Shown here piece by piece: positions 8,699 through 17,224 of a stretch of DNA of 64,000 bases. The DNA lies in NCBI GenBank assembly GCA_977020255.1, contig CDROCS010000361.1:310001-374000 (forward strand), in the 5' to 3' direction. A program made the translations under genes and the position numbers. The notes under the pieces are model-generated. The model was not told the DNA's origin, made no database searches, and worked only from the letters and a program-made list of their open reading frames with translations. The stretch is from Obrimoposthia wandeli (taxonomy: Eukaryota). Positions within the stretch are counted from its first letter, which is position 1; every line of letters begins with the position of its first letter.

Positions 8699-10039
8699 AT
8701 GAAAAAATCTTCAAGTATCATTTACTTGTTAATGATTAGTTTATTAACGAGTTGCGGCGCTTATTTTAATCAACCATTTACCCAAAAAAAAGCTAGAATT
8801 GGAGAGAATACCTCGCCCGAATTTCTAGCCAAAAAATTTCTACCATCCGATAAAATTATTGTTGGTGTCTATAAGTTTAGAGATCAAACTGGGCAGTATA
8901 AAGCAGTAGAAAACGGGTCTACATTTAGTACAGCTGTAACCCAAGGAGGTACCACCATTTTATTGAAGTCACTTGAAGAATCTGGATGGTTTAGACCTAT
9001 AGAAAGAGAAAATATCGGAAATCTTTTAAATGAACGACAAATCATTAGAAATACACGTCAAGAATATGCCAATGGTCAAAAGGTGAAAATGCCACCTTTA
9101 CTTTTTGCGGGTACAATTATAGAAGGAGGCGTTGTTTCATACGATTCAAATATTATTACAGGAGGTTCTGGCTTACGCTATTTTGGGGCAGGAGTATCTG
9201 GCGAATATCGTCAAGACAGAATTACTGTTTATCTTAGAGCTGTATCTACATCTACAGGAGAAATTTTAAAAAATGTATATGTTTCAAAAACTATTTTATC
9301 TCAAGGTATTTCTGCAAATTTATATCGCTATGTATCTTTAAAAAAATTGCTAGAGGTAGAAACAGGAGTTACCAAAAATGAACCAGCACAATTAGCCGTA
9401 AAAGAGGCAATAGACAAAGCTGTAGATTTATTAATTGTTGAAGGGATTGTAGGTCGTGTATGGAAACCTAATGGTGGTGAAGGAGCTATAAAAGTTGTTG
9501 CAGAAGCGTATCGAAAAGAAAAAATAGAGGCAGATAATACGGGGCTGTATGATAGGATAGAAGAAAAGAGAAGAGCAAAATTTGCAATGGGAGCAAGCAT
9601 TGGTATGTCTCAGATAAAAGGAGATTATGCAAATTCGACCGCTCAATTTGGCTTTGATGTAAAGTTAAAATACACTTTCGATGACCCTAAATTTAATTTC
9701 TGGGGAACTTTAGGTCGGTTTGAGTTAGATAATAAAGGGGCGTTTCATGAAACTTTTTTAGCTTCTGGGCTTAATCTTCAATATACTGTTTTACCATACG
9801 ATAAATTTACACCTTATATATATGTTGGGTTTGGATCTGTATCAAAAAAGAACTTAGGGAACACCTTTTTTAAACTTCAAGGAGGGGGAGGTTTTGAATA
9901 TTTAATTACAAATAAAGTTGGTTTATTCTTAAACGGTGAATATAATATGTTGCAGAGTGACAATTTAGACGGGCAGGTAGTTGGAGAAAAGAACGACCTA
10001 ATTATACGTTACGGAGCTGGTATTAATATTTATTTTTAA
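8699..10039 (+). CDS. csgG: Curli secretion channel CsgG with C-terminal outer-membrane beta-barrel domain
   Basis: Lipobox LLTSC; VYKFRDQTGQYK, STAVTQG, WF.PIERENIGNLLNERQIIR, YRQDRITVYLRAVST; extra ~150 aa barrel ending GINIYF. Confidence 0.92.
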   Translation: MKKSSSIIYLLMISLLTSCGAYFNQPFTQKKARIGENTSPEFLAKKFLPSDKIIVGVYKFRDQTGQYKAVENGSTFSTAVTQGGTTILLKSLEESGWFRPIERENIGNLLNERQIIRNTRQEYANGQKVKMPPLLFAGTIIEGGVVSYDSNIITGGSGLRYFGAGVSGEYRQDRITVYLRAVSTSTGEILKNVYVSKTILSQGISANLYRYVSLKKLLEVETGVTKNEPAQLAVKEAIDKAVDLLIVEGIVGRVWKPNGGEGAIKVVAEAYRKEKIEADNTGLYDRIEEKRRAKFAMGASIGMSQIKGDYANSTAQFGFDVKLKYTFDDPKFNFWGTLGRFELDNKGAFHETFLASGLNLQYTVLPYDKFTPYIYVGFGSVSKKNLGNTFFKLQGGGGFEYLITNKVGLFLNGEYNMLQSDNLDGQVVGEKNDLIIRYGAGINIYF

Positions 10040-10050
10040 ACACAATTCAT

Positions 10051-11553
10051 ATGAAAAAAGTAATAAGAATATTATTAATTACACTCTTTTTTACGAGTTG
10101 TGGAGAAGATGGAAGTATTGGTTTAATAGAATATGGGAATTTAACAGGTAAGGTTGTTAAAAAAGAGGGTTTTGTTCCATTAGAAAATGTAAAAATCACT
10201 TTATCACCTACCAATAATACTGTTTTTACTGATGTTGAAGGTAATTTTAGTTTTGATGAAATTGAAGCTCAAGAATACGCAGTTGTAGCTAAAATGGATG
10301 GGTATCTAGACGAGTATGAGGGAACAACAATAACTGTAGATGGTACCGTAAATGTTGTTCTAGAAATGGAAATTTCAACAGCACTAAATAAAGCACCCGT
10401 AAAACCAGAATTGTTAATGCCAGAAGATGGTGCAATTGATTTATTAAATGAAGTTGAACTGACTTGGGAGTCTAGTGATTCTGATGAAGACGCATTAACG
10501 TATACTGTAGAAATTAGAAACGACTTTAGTAATGATGTAACCAGAATTACAGACCTTGTAGATAAAAGCTACACATTATCTGATTGTAAATATGGTGCAA
10601 AATATTTCTGGAGTATCGAAGTTACCGATAATATTAATGCTGAGGTTATAAGTAGTCTTAGGTCTTTTACCGTTAAAGCAGATCCAGAAAACAGGTACTT
10701 ATATGTTAAAAATGTTGGTGGAAATAATATCATTTATTCCTCAAGTTTTAGTGATTCAGATAATGAAGTTTCAAATACAGTTCAATTAACAGATTCAAAT
10801 TTAAATTCATGGAGACCTAGAAAAAGCAACATAACGAACTTAATCGCTTTTTTAAGAATCGATGATAATGAAGCACATATATTTACAATGAAAACGAATG
10901 GAGATGATATTAAAAAAGTAACATCATCTGTTCCTGTTGCAGGATTTAATTTAAATGAAATAGATTTTTCTTGGTCTGCAGATGGCAGTAAAATACTATA
11001 CCCATATTTTGATAAGTTGTATTCTATAAATATTGATGGTAGTGGTTTTCAAAAAGTATTTCAAACAAAAGATGGTAGTTTAATAACAGAATGTGATTGG
11101 AGTAGTGATGGATCAAAAATTGCCATAAAAACAAATAATGAAACAGGTTATAATAGTTCAATTTTAGTAATTAATTTGGGTGGTACTGTTTTAGATGTTG
11201 TAATTACTGGAGTTAAAGGTGCTTTAGGAGGATTAAATTTTTCTGCATCTGGTAATAAATTATTGTTTTCTAGAGATATTTCTGATTATCAGGCAGCAAG
11301 TTACAGGCAATTAGATACTAGAATGTTTATTTATAATTTTACAGACAAAACATTTTTTGATGCTTCTATGGATGAAAAAGAAAGCGGAACAAATGATTTA
11401 GATCCACGTTTTTCGCCAAATGAAGCGTTTGTAATTTTTGTAAACACATCTAATGACGGTATTTCAGAAAAGTATGTATCTAAAACAAATTTATCAGGAA
11501 GTATTAAAAGAGTAAATTTATTTTCAAATGCTACAATGCCAGATTGGGAATAA
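10051..11553 (+). CDS. Lipoprotein with carboxypeptidase-regulatory-like, FN3-like and TolB/PD40 propeller domains
   Basis: Lipobox FFTSC; GNLTGKV...PLENVKITL...TDVEGNFSF; LTWESSDSDED; WSADGSKI, WSSDGSKI, DPRFSPNE repeats. Confidence 0.75.
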   Translation: MKKVIRILLITLFFTSCGEDGSIGLIEYGNLTGKVVKKEGFVPLENVKITLSPTNNTVFTDVEGNFSFDEIEAQEYAVVAKMDGYLDEYEGTTITVDGTVNVVLEMEISTALNKAPVKPELLMPEDGAIDLLNEVELTWESSDSDEDALTYTVEIRNDFSNDVTRITDLVDKSYTLSDCKYGAKYFWSIEVTDNINAEVISSLRSFTVKADPENRYLYVKNVGGNNIIYSSSFSDSDNEVSNTVQLTDSNLNSWRPRKSNITNLIAFLRIDDNEAHIFTMKTNGDDIKKVTSSVPVAGFNLNEIDFSWSADGSKILYPYFDKLYSINIDGSGFQKVFQTKDGSLITECDWSSDGSKIAIKTNNETGYNSSILVINLGGTVLDVVITGVKGALGGLNFSASGNKLLFSRDISDYQAASYRQLDTRMFIYNFTDKTFFDASMDEKESGTNDLDPRFSPNEAFVIFVNTSNDGISEKYVSKTNLSGSIKRVNLFSNATMPDWE

Positions 11554-11575
11554 TATAAAAAAGACATAAACTCTA

Positions 11576-11610
11576 AAAACCGAACGATAAAAAATCATTC
11601 GGTTTTTTTT
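11576..11610 (+). terminator. Terminator of the curli operon
   Basis: aaaaccgaacga-N-tcattcggttttttt hairpin after the stop at 11553. Confidence 0.6.
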
Positions 11611-11663
11611 ATGCAAAACAGTAAAAGAAACCTAAATTTGCACACAACAACAACACAACCAAC

Positions 11664-12842
11664 ATGAGTCAAGAAGTTTCAAAAAGATACGCACAAAGAG
11701 GCGTTTCTGCATCAAAAGAAGATGTTCACAATGCAATTAAGAATATAGACAAAGGTTTATTTCCAAAAGCATTTTGTAAAATTGTGCCAGATTACTTAAC
11801 AAATGATGATGATTATTGTTTAATCATGCACGCAGATGGCGCAGGTACAAAATCTTCTTTAGCATATATGTATTGGAAAGAAACAGGAGATATTTCTGTT
11901 TGGAAAGGCATTGCTCAAGATGCTTTAATCATGAATATTGACGATTTACTTTGTGTTGGTGCAACAGATAATATCATGTTATCTTCTACAATTGGTAGAA
12001 ACAAAAGTAAAATTCCTGGTGAAGTTTTATCAGCAATTATAAACGGTACAGAAGAATTAATCGAAGACTTAAAAGGTTTTGGAGTTACCATTCATTCAAC
12101 CGGAGGAGAAACGGCAGATGTTGGCGATTTAGTACGTACAATTATTGTAGACTCTACAGTAACTGCAAGAATGAAACGTACAGATGTTGTTGACAACGCA
12201 AACATAAAAGCAGGTGATGTAATTGTTGGTTTAGAATCTTTTGGACAAGCAAGTTACGAAACTGAATATAATGGAGGAATGGGTTCTAACGGATTAACGT
12301 CTGCAAGACACGATGTTTTTCATAAATATTTAGCAGAAAAATACCCAGAAAGTTTTGATGCTGCAGTTCCTGAAGATTTAGTGTATTCTGGTAATACAAA
12401 ACTGACTGATAAAGTAGAAAATTCTCCTATTGATGCAGGTAAATTAGTCTTATCGCCAACAAGAACCTACGCGCCAATAATTAAGAAAATCTTATCAGAA
12501 TTTAATTCAGAAACGGTACATGGAATGATTCATTGTTCTGGTGGTGCACAAACAAAAATATTACATTTTGTAGATAATTTACATATTGTAAAAGACAATA
12601 TGTTTCCAATTCCGCCATTATTTAAATTGATACAAGAGCAATCGAATACAGATTGGAAAGAAATGTACCAAGTTTTTAATTGTGGACATAGAATGGAAAT
12701 TTATGTTTCTCCAGAAATTGCAGCAGACATTATTAAAATTTCTAAATCTTTTAATGTGGATGCTAAAATTGTAGGTAGGGTAGAAGCTTCACCAACTAAA
12801 AAATTGACGATTACAAGTGAGTTTGGTGCCTTTGAATATTAA
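11664..12842 (+). CDS. purM: Phosphoribosylformylglycinamidine cyclo-ligase (AIR synthase)
   Basis: MHADGAGTKS, MNIDDLLCVGA, GGETADVGD, GSNGLTSARH, HCSGGAQTK, FNCGHRME. Confidence 0.9.
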   Translation: MSQEVSKRYAQRGVSASKEDVHNAIKNIDKGLFPKAFCKIVPDYLTNDDDYCLIMHADGAGTKSSLAYMYWKETGDISVWKGIAQDALIMNIDDLLCVGATDNIMLSSTIGRNKSKIPGEVLSAIINGTEELIEDLKGFGVTIHSTGGETADVGDLVRTIIVDSTVTARMKRTDVVDNANIKAGDVIVGLESFGQASYETEYNGGMGSNGLTSARHDVFHKYLAEKYPESFDAAVPEDLVYSGNTKLTDKVENSPIDAGKLVLSPTRTYAPIIKKILSEFNSETVHGMIHCSGGAQTKILHFVDNLHIVKDNMFPIPPLFKLIQEQSNTDWKEMYQVFNCGHRMEIYVSPEIAADIIKISKSFNVDAKIVGRVEASPTKKLTITSEFGAFEY

Positions 12843-12864
12843 GAGCAAGACATATTAAATCATA

Positions 12865-12902
12865 AAAAACTCCAAATACTTTTAAAAGTATTTGGAGTTT
12901 TT
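12865..12902. terminator. Perfect 38 bp palindrome, bidirectional terminator (copy 1 of a repeated family)
   Basis: aaaaactccaaatactttt|aaaagtatttggagttttt. Confidence 0.8.
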
Positions 12903-12960
12903 GGTTTATGATGTTTAAGTTTTTTCTTGTTTTAGCTCAGTTATTTGTTGGTAAAAGGAT

Positions 12961-13278
12961 TTATTTAGTTCGTTTTATTTTGGGTGGATTTTGTCTAGTG
13001 TCAAAAACATCCGCAATTTTTATAAAACCATTCTCATTATCTACCGAGTAAATCAGTTTGTAATTTTTATGGACTAAATACCTGTAGTCAATTTTTCTTT
13101 GGTTTAATAATTCTTCACTTTGTCCGATTAGTGATGACTTTACTAATTTTTCAGGCTCATTAATAATACCTTTTACAAGTTTTGTAGCTATTCTTGCGCT
13201 TGCCTTTTTTTCGTAATATTTATAAATTTCGTCAAGTTGAGTTTCTGCAAAATGAGACCATATGACTTTAAATATCAT
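12961..13278 (-). CDS. RelE/ParE family toxin
   Basis: 105 aa; VIWSHFAETQLDEIYKYY...YRYLVHKNYKLIY...IADVFDTRQNP. Confidence 0.85.
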   Translation of the reverse strand: MIFKVIWSHFAETQLDEIYKYYEKKASARIATKLVKGIINEPEKLVKSSLIGQSEELLNQRKIDYRYLVHKNYKLIYSVDNENGFIKIADVFDTRQNPPKIKRTK

Positions 13279-13511
13279 TAATCGAATTTAGCTAAAAGTT
13301 CAGAGCTGCTTTTAAATTTATTGTTTTGAAAATCAGATTCCGATTTGTCAATTCGTTTATTTAGTTCGTAGTGAGACATCGGTTCAAAAACTTGTTCTTC
13401 TGATACTTTCTTTAAACTATTAAGTATGTTTTCAAAGCGAGAAATTGCTTCTTCATTTTGAAGTTTCAAAAATTCTTGAACAAATTCTATTTTTCTGGCT
13501 TCTAAATTCAT
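13278..13511 (-). CDS. Putative addiction-module antitoxin
   Basis: 77 aa acidic ORF overlapping the toxin start by 1 nt; MNLEARKIEFVQEFLKL...PMSHYELNKRIDKSESD; TAtcTTTG -7 box upstream. Confidence 0.75.
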   Translation of the reverse strand: MNLEARKIEFVQEFLKLQNEEAISRFENILNSLKKVSEEQVFEPMSHYELNKRIDKSESDFQNNKFKSSSELLAKFD

Positions 13512-13592
13512 TTTACACTACTTTTTATCAAAGATATAAAATTATCAATTTAGCTGATGTTTTTCTAGAATTGACTGCTTTTTATAAGATTT

Positions 13593-13657
13593 TTTCCAAT
13601 TCCGCCATTATTTAAATTGATACAAGAGCAATCGAATACAGATTGGAAAGAAATGTA
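13593..13657 (+). repeat. 65 bp exact duplicate of an internal purM segment (12603-12667)
   Basis: tttccaattccgccattatttaaattgatacaagagcaatcgaatacagattggaaagaaatgta identical at both positions (offset 990). Confidence 0.92.
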
Positions 13658-13665
13658 TAAAGAAT

Positions 13666-13721
13666 TTATTTCGTTCGTTTTATTTTAGGTGGATTTTGTC
13701 GAGTGTTAAAAATAGCTGCAA
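13666..13721 (-). pseudogene. 3' remnant of a second RelE/ParE toxin gene
   Basis: Encodes ..VAAIFNTRQNPPKIKRTK*; ~86% identical to 12961-13016. Confidence 0.8.
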
Positions 13722-13733
13722 CTGTCATTTGGT

Positions 13734-14657
13734 TTATGAGATTGTATCTAAATTTATTTCCCAGATTATAATAGTTCTATCGTCGCCTGCAGAAATTAAA
13801 TAATTATTGTAGGTACTCCAAATTAATTTATTTACAGAAAATAAGTGTCCATCATATTTTTCTTTGTCAATCACTTTTAATAATTGAAATGTTTTCGAAT
13901 CCCAAATTTTTAATGTTTTGTCACGACTAGCCGTAGCAAATAAGTTAGAGTTTGGGCTGTATGCAATATCATAAATTGCCCAATCATGAGCGGGAATTGA
14001 TTCTATTTTCTCATAATGCCCAACTTGCCAGATGTTCAAATAACCATCTCTACCTCCTGTTAAAAGGAATTTTCCATCAGGACTGAAGCGCACAACATTT
14101 GACGAAATTTGATGTCCAATAAAGACCTTTTTTTCCTGTAATGTTTTTAGGTCAAAAATACGAATGTTGCAATCTCCTGAAGCAACCGCTATTTCTGAAG
14201 TCTTATAATTAAAATCGATATCTCGTACTTTTTCATTACAGAGTTTTTTAATCTTGATTAAGGCAAAAGTGTCAAGCGAGCAAATTGCAAAGTTACCGTC
14301 TCCACCAGCTGTATAAATGCAATTGGTTTCAATAGAATATCTAATATTAAAAATCTGAGAAGTATGGTTTTTTAGAATTTTTATTTCTTCGTTCTTTTCT
14401 AAATCTAATATATGAACATTGCCATTTGAAGTTCCTGCGAGTAATAATTGTTTTTCGGGAATGTGACAAATAGAATATAAAGCGGAAGGATAGCTATCTA
14501 TGAGTTTTTTGTCTTTAAATGTTTCTAAATTCCATTGAGCGATTATCTTATCGCCGCCACCAGAGAAAATAAGATGTTCAGCGATTCCTTTATCTAAAGT
14601 ATATATTGAGTCGCTATGACCTGTGAGTGTCGCTATTTTATTTACCTCAATTCTCAT
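13734..14657 (-). CDS. WD40 repeat protein
   Basis: About 7 GH...WD-type repeats (GHSDSIYTL, GHQISSNVVRFSPDG, AHDWAIYDIAYSPN, SAGDDRTIIIWE). Confidence 0.88.
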   Translation of the reverse strand: MRIEVNKIATLTGHSDSIYTLDKGIAEHLIFSGGGDKIIAQWNLETFKDKKLIDSYPSALYSICHIPEKQLLLAGTSNGNVHILDLEKNEEIKILKNHTSQIFNIRYSIETNCIYTAGGDGNFAICSLDTFALIKIKKLCNEKVRDIDFNYKTSEIAVASGDCNIRIFDLKTLQEKKVFIGHQISSNVVRFSPDGKFLLTGGRDGYLNIWQVGHYEKIESIPAHDWAIYDIAYSPNSNLFATASRDKTLKIWDSKTFQLLKVIDKEKYDGHLFSVNKLIWSTYNNYLISAGDDRTIIIWEINLDTIS

Positions 14658-14752
14658 TTATTTAGAAGATTTTTTTAATTGGTGTCTTGTATTCAATATT
14701 GTAACGCAACAGAGTGTTTATGTTTACAGAAAAGCAACTACTTTTAATTGTG

Positions 14753-14854
14753 TACTAATTCCAAAAATTAGAATAAAAACGTTTCTTATTCCAATTTATA
14801 GCGACTATAAAAGTACAATAAAAGAAGGGATTTGTTTTATTGTTTTCCGTAGTT
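14753..14854. repeat. ~100 bp diverged copy of the array head region at 17227-17327
   Basis: Hand alignment ~80% identity (agaataaaaac, tataaaagtacaa, ccgtagtt blocks). Confidence 0.8.
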
Positions 14855-14903
14855 AGATAAAAGTGCTTTTTGTTAAAGTTTCTATATAAAGTACTATTGA
14901 TTA

Positions 14904-14934
14904 CAAATACTTTTAAAAGTATTTGGAGTTTTTT
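14904..14934. repeat. Truncated copy 2 of the purM-terminator palindrome
   Basis: caaatacttttaaaagtatttggagtttttt. Confidence 0.8.
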
Positions 14935-14997
14935 ATTTTGGGAACTAAGGATATCAGAAGTTTACAAATGAGTAATTAACTTTTGGTTTTAGTCAAC

Positions 14998-15612
14998 TCA
15001 TTCATATTCATATTTTAGACGTTCTTTTAGTTCTAGTAATTCCGTTTTTTCTGGGAATTGCTTTATCAATCTATCGACTAATTTTTTTCCTTTCAGACAA
15101 TCTTTAAATTCATTTTCACATCTCAAGCTATATGCGTTGGCTAATCGATAGTTTATTGCATAATCATTTGGTAAAATTTTATTAGCTATTTGATACTCGA
15201 AAATTGCATTATACCAACTTCTTTCCTTTAACCAATTATCACCTTTTAAAATATATACAAGACTTCTTTCAACTTTATCTTTTAATAGCGTTTTTTCAAG
15301 TTTTGCTTTATCAACATTGTTATTCTGACTAACATTGTAAGTTACTAAACCAATTATAGAAAGCAAAACAAGAATCATAATACAGATAGCATAAAATTCT
15401 CTATCCTTTTCTTTTATAATTTTTAATCGAATAGCTCTTAATTCTGCTTTAGTAGCTTTTTTTAACGCAACTTCACCACCAGCAGATTTAATATATTCAC
15501 TTTTAAGACTTAGAAAAGTTCTTTCTGGTCTGAACAAACTTTTTTTTCTGAGTAACCTTTTATTGTTACTCAAACTAGTTCTCATTCCTTGAATACTTCC
15601 TCCTCCTGCCAA
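14998..15612 (-). CDS. Hypothetical single-TM protein with TPR-like C-terminus
   Basis: TTG start; basic N-terminus, TM (AICIMILVLLSIIGLVTY), helical repeats (WYNAIFEYQIANKILPNDYAINYRLA). Confidence 0.65.
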   Translation of the reverse strand: MAGGGSIQGMRTSLSNNKRLLRKKSLFRPERTFLSLKSEYIKSAGGEVALKKATKAELRAIRLKIIKEKDREFYAICIMILVLLSIIGLVTYNVSQNNNVDKAKLEKTLLKDKVERSLVYILKGDNWLKERSWYNAIFEYQIANKILPNDYAINYRLANAYSLRCENEFKDCLKGKKLVDRLIKQFPEKTELLELKERLKYEYE

Positions 15613-15660
15613 TTTTTTTAGTTTTTAATTTTGCTAATGGATTTATATTTTATTTTTCTT

Positions 15661-15691
15661 AAAATACTTTTAAAAGTGTTTGGAGTTTTTT
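15661..15691. repeat. Degenerate copy 3 of the purM-terminator palindrome
   Basis: aaaatacttttaaaagtgtttggagtttttt. Confidence 0.75.
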
Positions 15692-15710
15692 GTTGCTTAA
15701 TTTTAGTTTT

Positions 15711-15852
15711 GTTTAACGGTTTTTGGTATGTTTTGTAGCGTGTTTTAAGCAACTAATTTACTAAATAAAACGCTAGCGTAGAAAATCCGTGAGGATTTTC
15801 GTAAATGTGCTAGAACCAAGCTATAAATTATACGCATTGTTGCCTGTAGTTT
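15711..15852 (-). mobile_element. attC-like imperfect hairpin ending the parD-parE cassette
   Basis: Minus strand ...ACAGGCAAC (just after the toxin stop) to GTTAAAC (GTTRRRY); imperfect outer arms and inner hairpin aaaatcc-gtga-ggatttt. Confidence 0.65.
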
Positions 15853-15853
15853 T

Positions 15854-16153
15854 TTATTCTAATATTCGTTTTTTTAAATCCATTCTTTCGTGTAGAATCC
15901 TTGTGATTTCAACATAGTTTTCCGTAGTTGTTCTGTAGAAAATTATATGTCGATTTGTTTTCATACCGAATAAGTTTTGAGTAATTCCATTATAGTTTTT
16001 CCCTAAATTCGGATTATCTGCAATTTCTTGACAATTAGAAATAAGCATTTCATAATATTTATCAGCTTGTTTTTCTGACCAAACTTCAAAGGTGTAGTCC
16101 CAAATTTTTGACAAATCTTCAACAGCTTTGTTAGTAAATTCGTATTTAGCCAT
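15854..16153 (-). CDS. parE: ParE family toxin
   Basis: YEFTNKAVEDLSKIWDYT...WSEKQADKY...HIIFYR...EITRILHERMD. Confidence 0.88.
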   Translation of the reverse strand: MAKYEFTNKAVEDLSKIWDYTFEVWSEKQADKYYEMLISNCQEIADNPNLGKNYNGITQNLFGMKTNRHIIFYRTTTENYVEITRILHERMDLKKRILE

Positions 16154-16397
16154 TTGAAAGTTTCTTTGCTTTTAGAGATTCAAGATGTTTTTTAGGATTA
16201 AAGTCGTGTGCAATTCCACTTTCAATTCCTTCATTAATAGAATTTTTCAAAGCAATAACTTTACTTTCTTCCTCCTCTAAAAGTCTTAATCCTGCACGAA
16301 TAACTTCACTAACATTTTTAAACCTTCCTTCAGTTATGCTGCTTTTGACAAATTGGTCAAAATAATTTCCGAGTGATATTGATGTGTTTTTGTTCAT
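16146..16397 (-). CDS. parD: ParD1-type ribbon-helix-helix antitoxin
   Basis: NTSISLGNYFDQFV...GRFKNVSEVIRAGLRLLEE...INEGIESG; overlaps parE by 8 nt. Confidence 0.88.
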   Translation of the reverse strand: MNKNTSISLGNYFDQFVKSSITEGRFKNVSEVIRAGLRLLEEEESKVIALKNSINEGIESGIAHDFNPKKHLESLKAKKLSNG

Positions 16398-16412
16398 TTT
16401 CAATATATTTCT

Positions 16413-16435
16413 TCAAATATACCAATAATTGGTAT
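16413..16435 (-). promoter_or_regulatory. parD-parE promoter with palindromic operator
   Basis: TATATTTG -7 box (16420-16413) overlapped by palindrome ataccaataattggtat (16419-16435). Confidence 0.65.
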
Positions 16436-16450
16436 AATAACCAAATTCTC

Positions 16451-16597
16451 AAATTACTGGCAACGTGTTTGTGTAATGAAAGTTGCGATTTTTGTGAACG
16501 GCTATTTTCCGCAGGAAAATTGTTGTTTGCAAAAATGCAACTGCTTTTAGTTAAGCACTAATTTAGCAATTTTTTTTACACGGTGTTAGCAACTGTT
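16451..16597 (-). mobile_element. attC-like imperfect hairpin between the two cassettes
   Basis: Minus strand GTTGC-TAA-C overlaps the ORF stop; ends GTTGCCAG; nested arms gtgtaa..ttgc, gttgc..aaaaat and central ttttcc-gca-ggaaaa. Confidence 0.7.
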
Positions 16598-17194
16598 TTT
16601 TATTATTTCAATTAATAATCCAATACTCAAAATGTTAATAATTATAATAAAAATTAATGTTCCTATATTTTCAAGTAAGAAAAGAATTAGAGAAAATTTA
16701 TTCTCAGGTTTTTTTATTTTTCCTTCACCTCTTTTAAGTTTAAAAAAAAGTTTTTCAACTTCATAAAAGTCAGTCTCACTCAAACTCATTAGTTCAATTT
16801 TTTCGGAGTTTTTCAGCGAGATTGTAGTTTTGTAATTATAGAACAAATATCCTTTCTCAAACATATTCACTCCTGGATAAATTCTTGTTTTTTCTTCAGT
16901 TTGCTTTATGGTTTTTATTTCTTCAAACTTTAGATTAGCTTTTTGAGGAAGTAAATATTTTTTTATTTCTATTCCATTTTCAGAGATTTTCAATATTCTG
17001 ATTTTAATTAATAGATATAAACATAAAATAGAAAATAAAGCGAAAATTGCTGCAAAGCAGTAACCAATGATTTTATTTTCCCCAGTTGAAACTTGAATAC
17101 AAAAAAGTGTAAATACAAAACTGAATAAGAAACCTGAGAAAAGTCCGCCAGAAAGAATTAATCTTGGTTTAGTTTTATATAAAATTTCATTCAT
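16586..17194 (-). CDS. Hypothetical membrane protein (cassette cargo)
   Basis: Two N-terminal TM helices, PH-like soluble middle region, C-terminal TM; low GC; ATG 17194 (TTG 17203 possible). Confidence 0.65.
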   Translation of the reverse strand: MNEILYKTKPRLILSGGLFSGFLFSFVFTLFCIQVSTGENKIIGYCFAAIFALFSILCLYLLIKIRILKISENGIEIKKYLLPQKANLKFEEIKTIKQTEEKTRIYPGVNMFEKGYLFYNYKTTISLKNSEKIELMSLSETDFYEVEKLFFKLKRGEGKIKKPENKFSLILFLLENIGTLIFIIIINILSIGLLIEIIKNSC

Positions 17195-17224
17195 TTTCTT
17201 CAATCGTAATTTTCGTCCTAAATA

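Noticed and set aside
13700-13760. attC-like site closing a WD40 cassette
   Set aside because: No xxxxAAC...GTT hairpin or end complementarity after the WD40 stop
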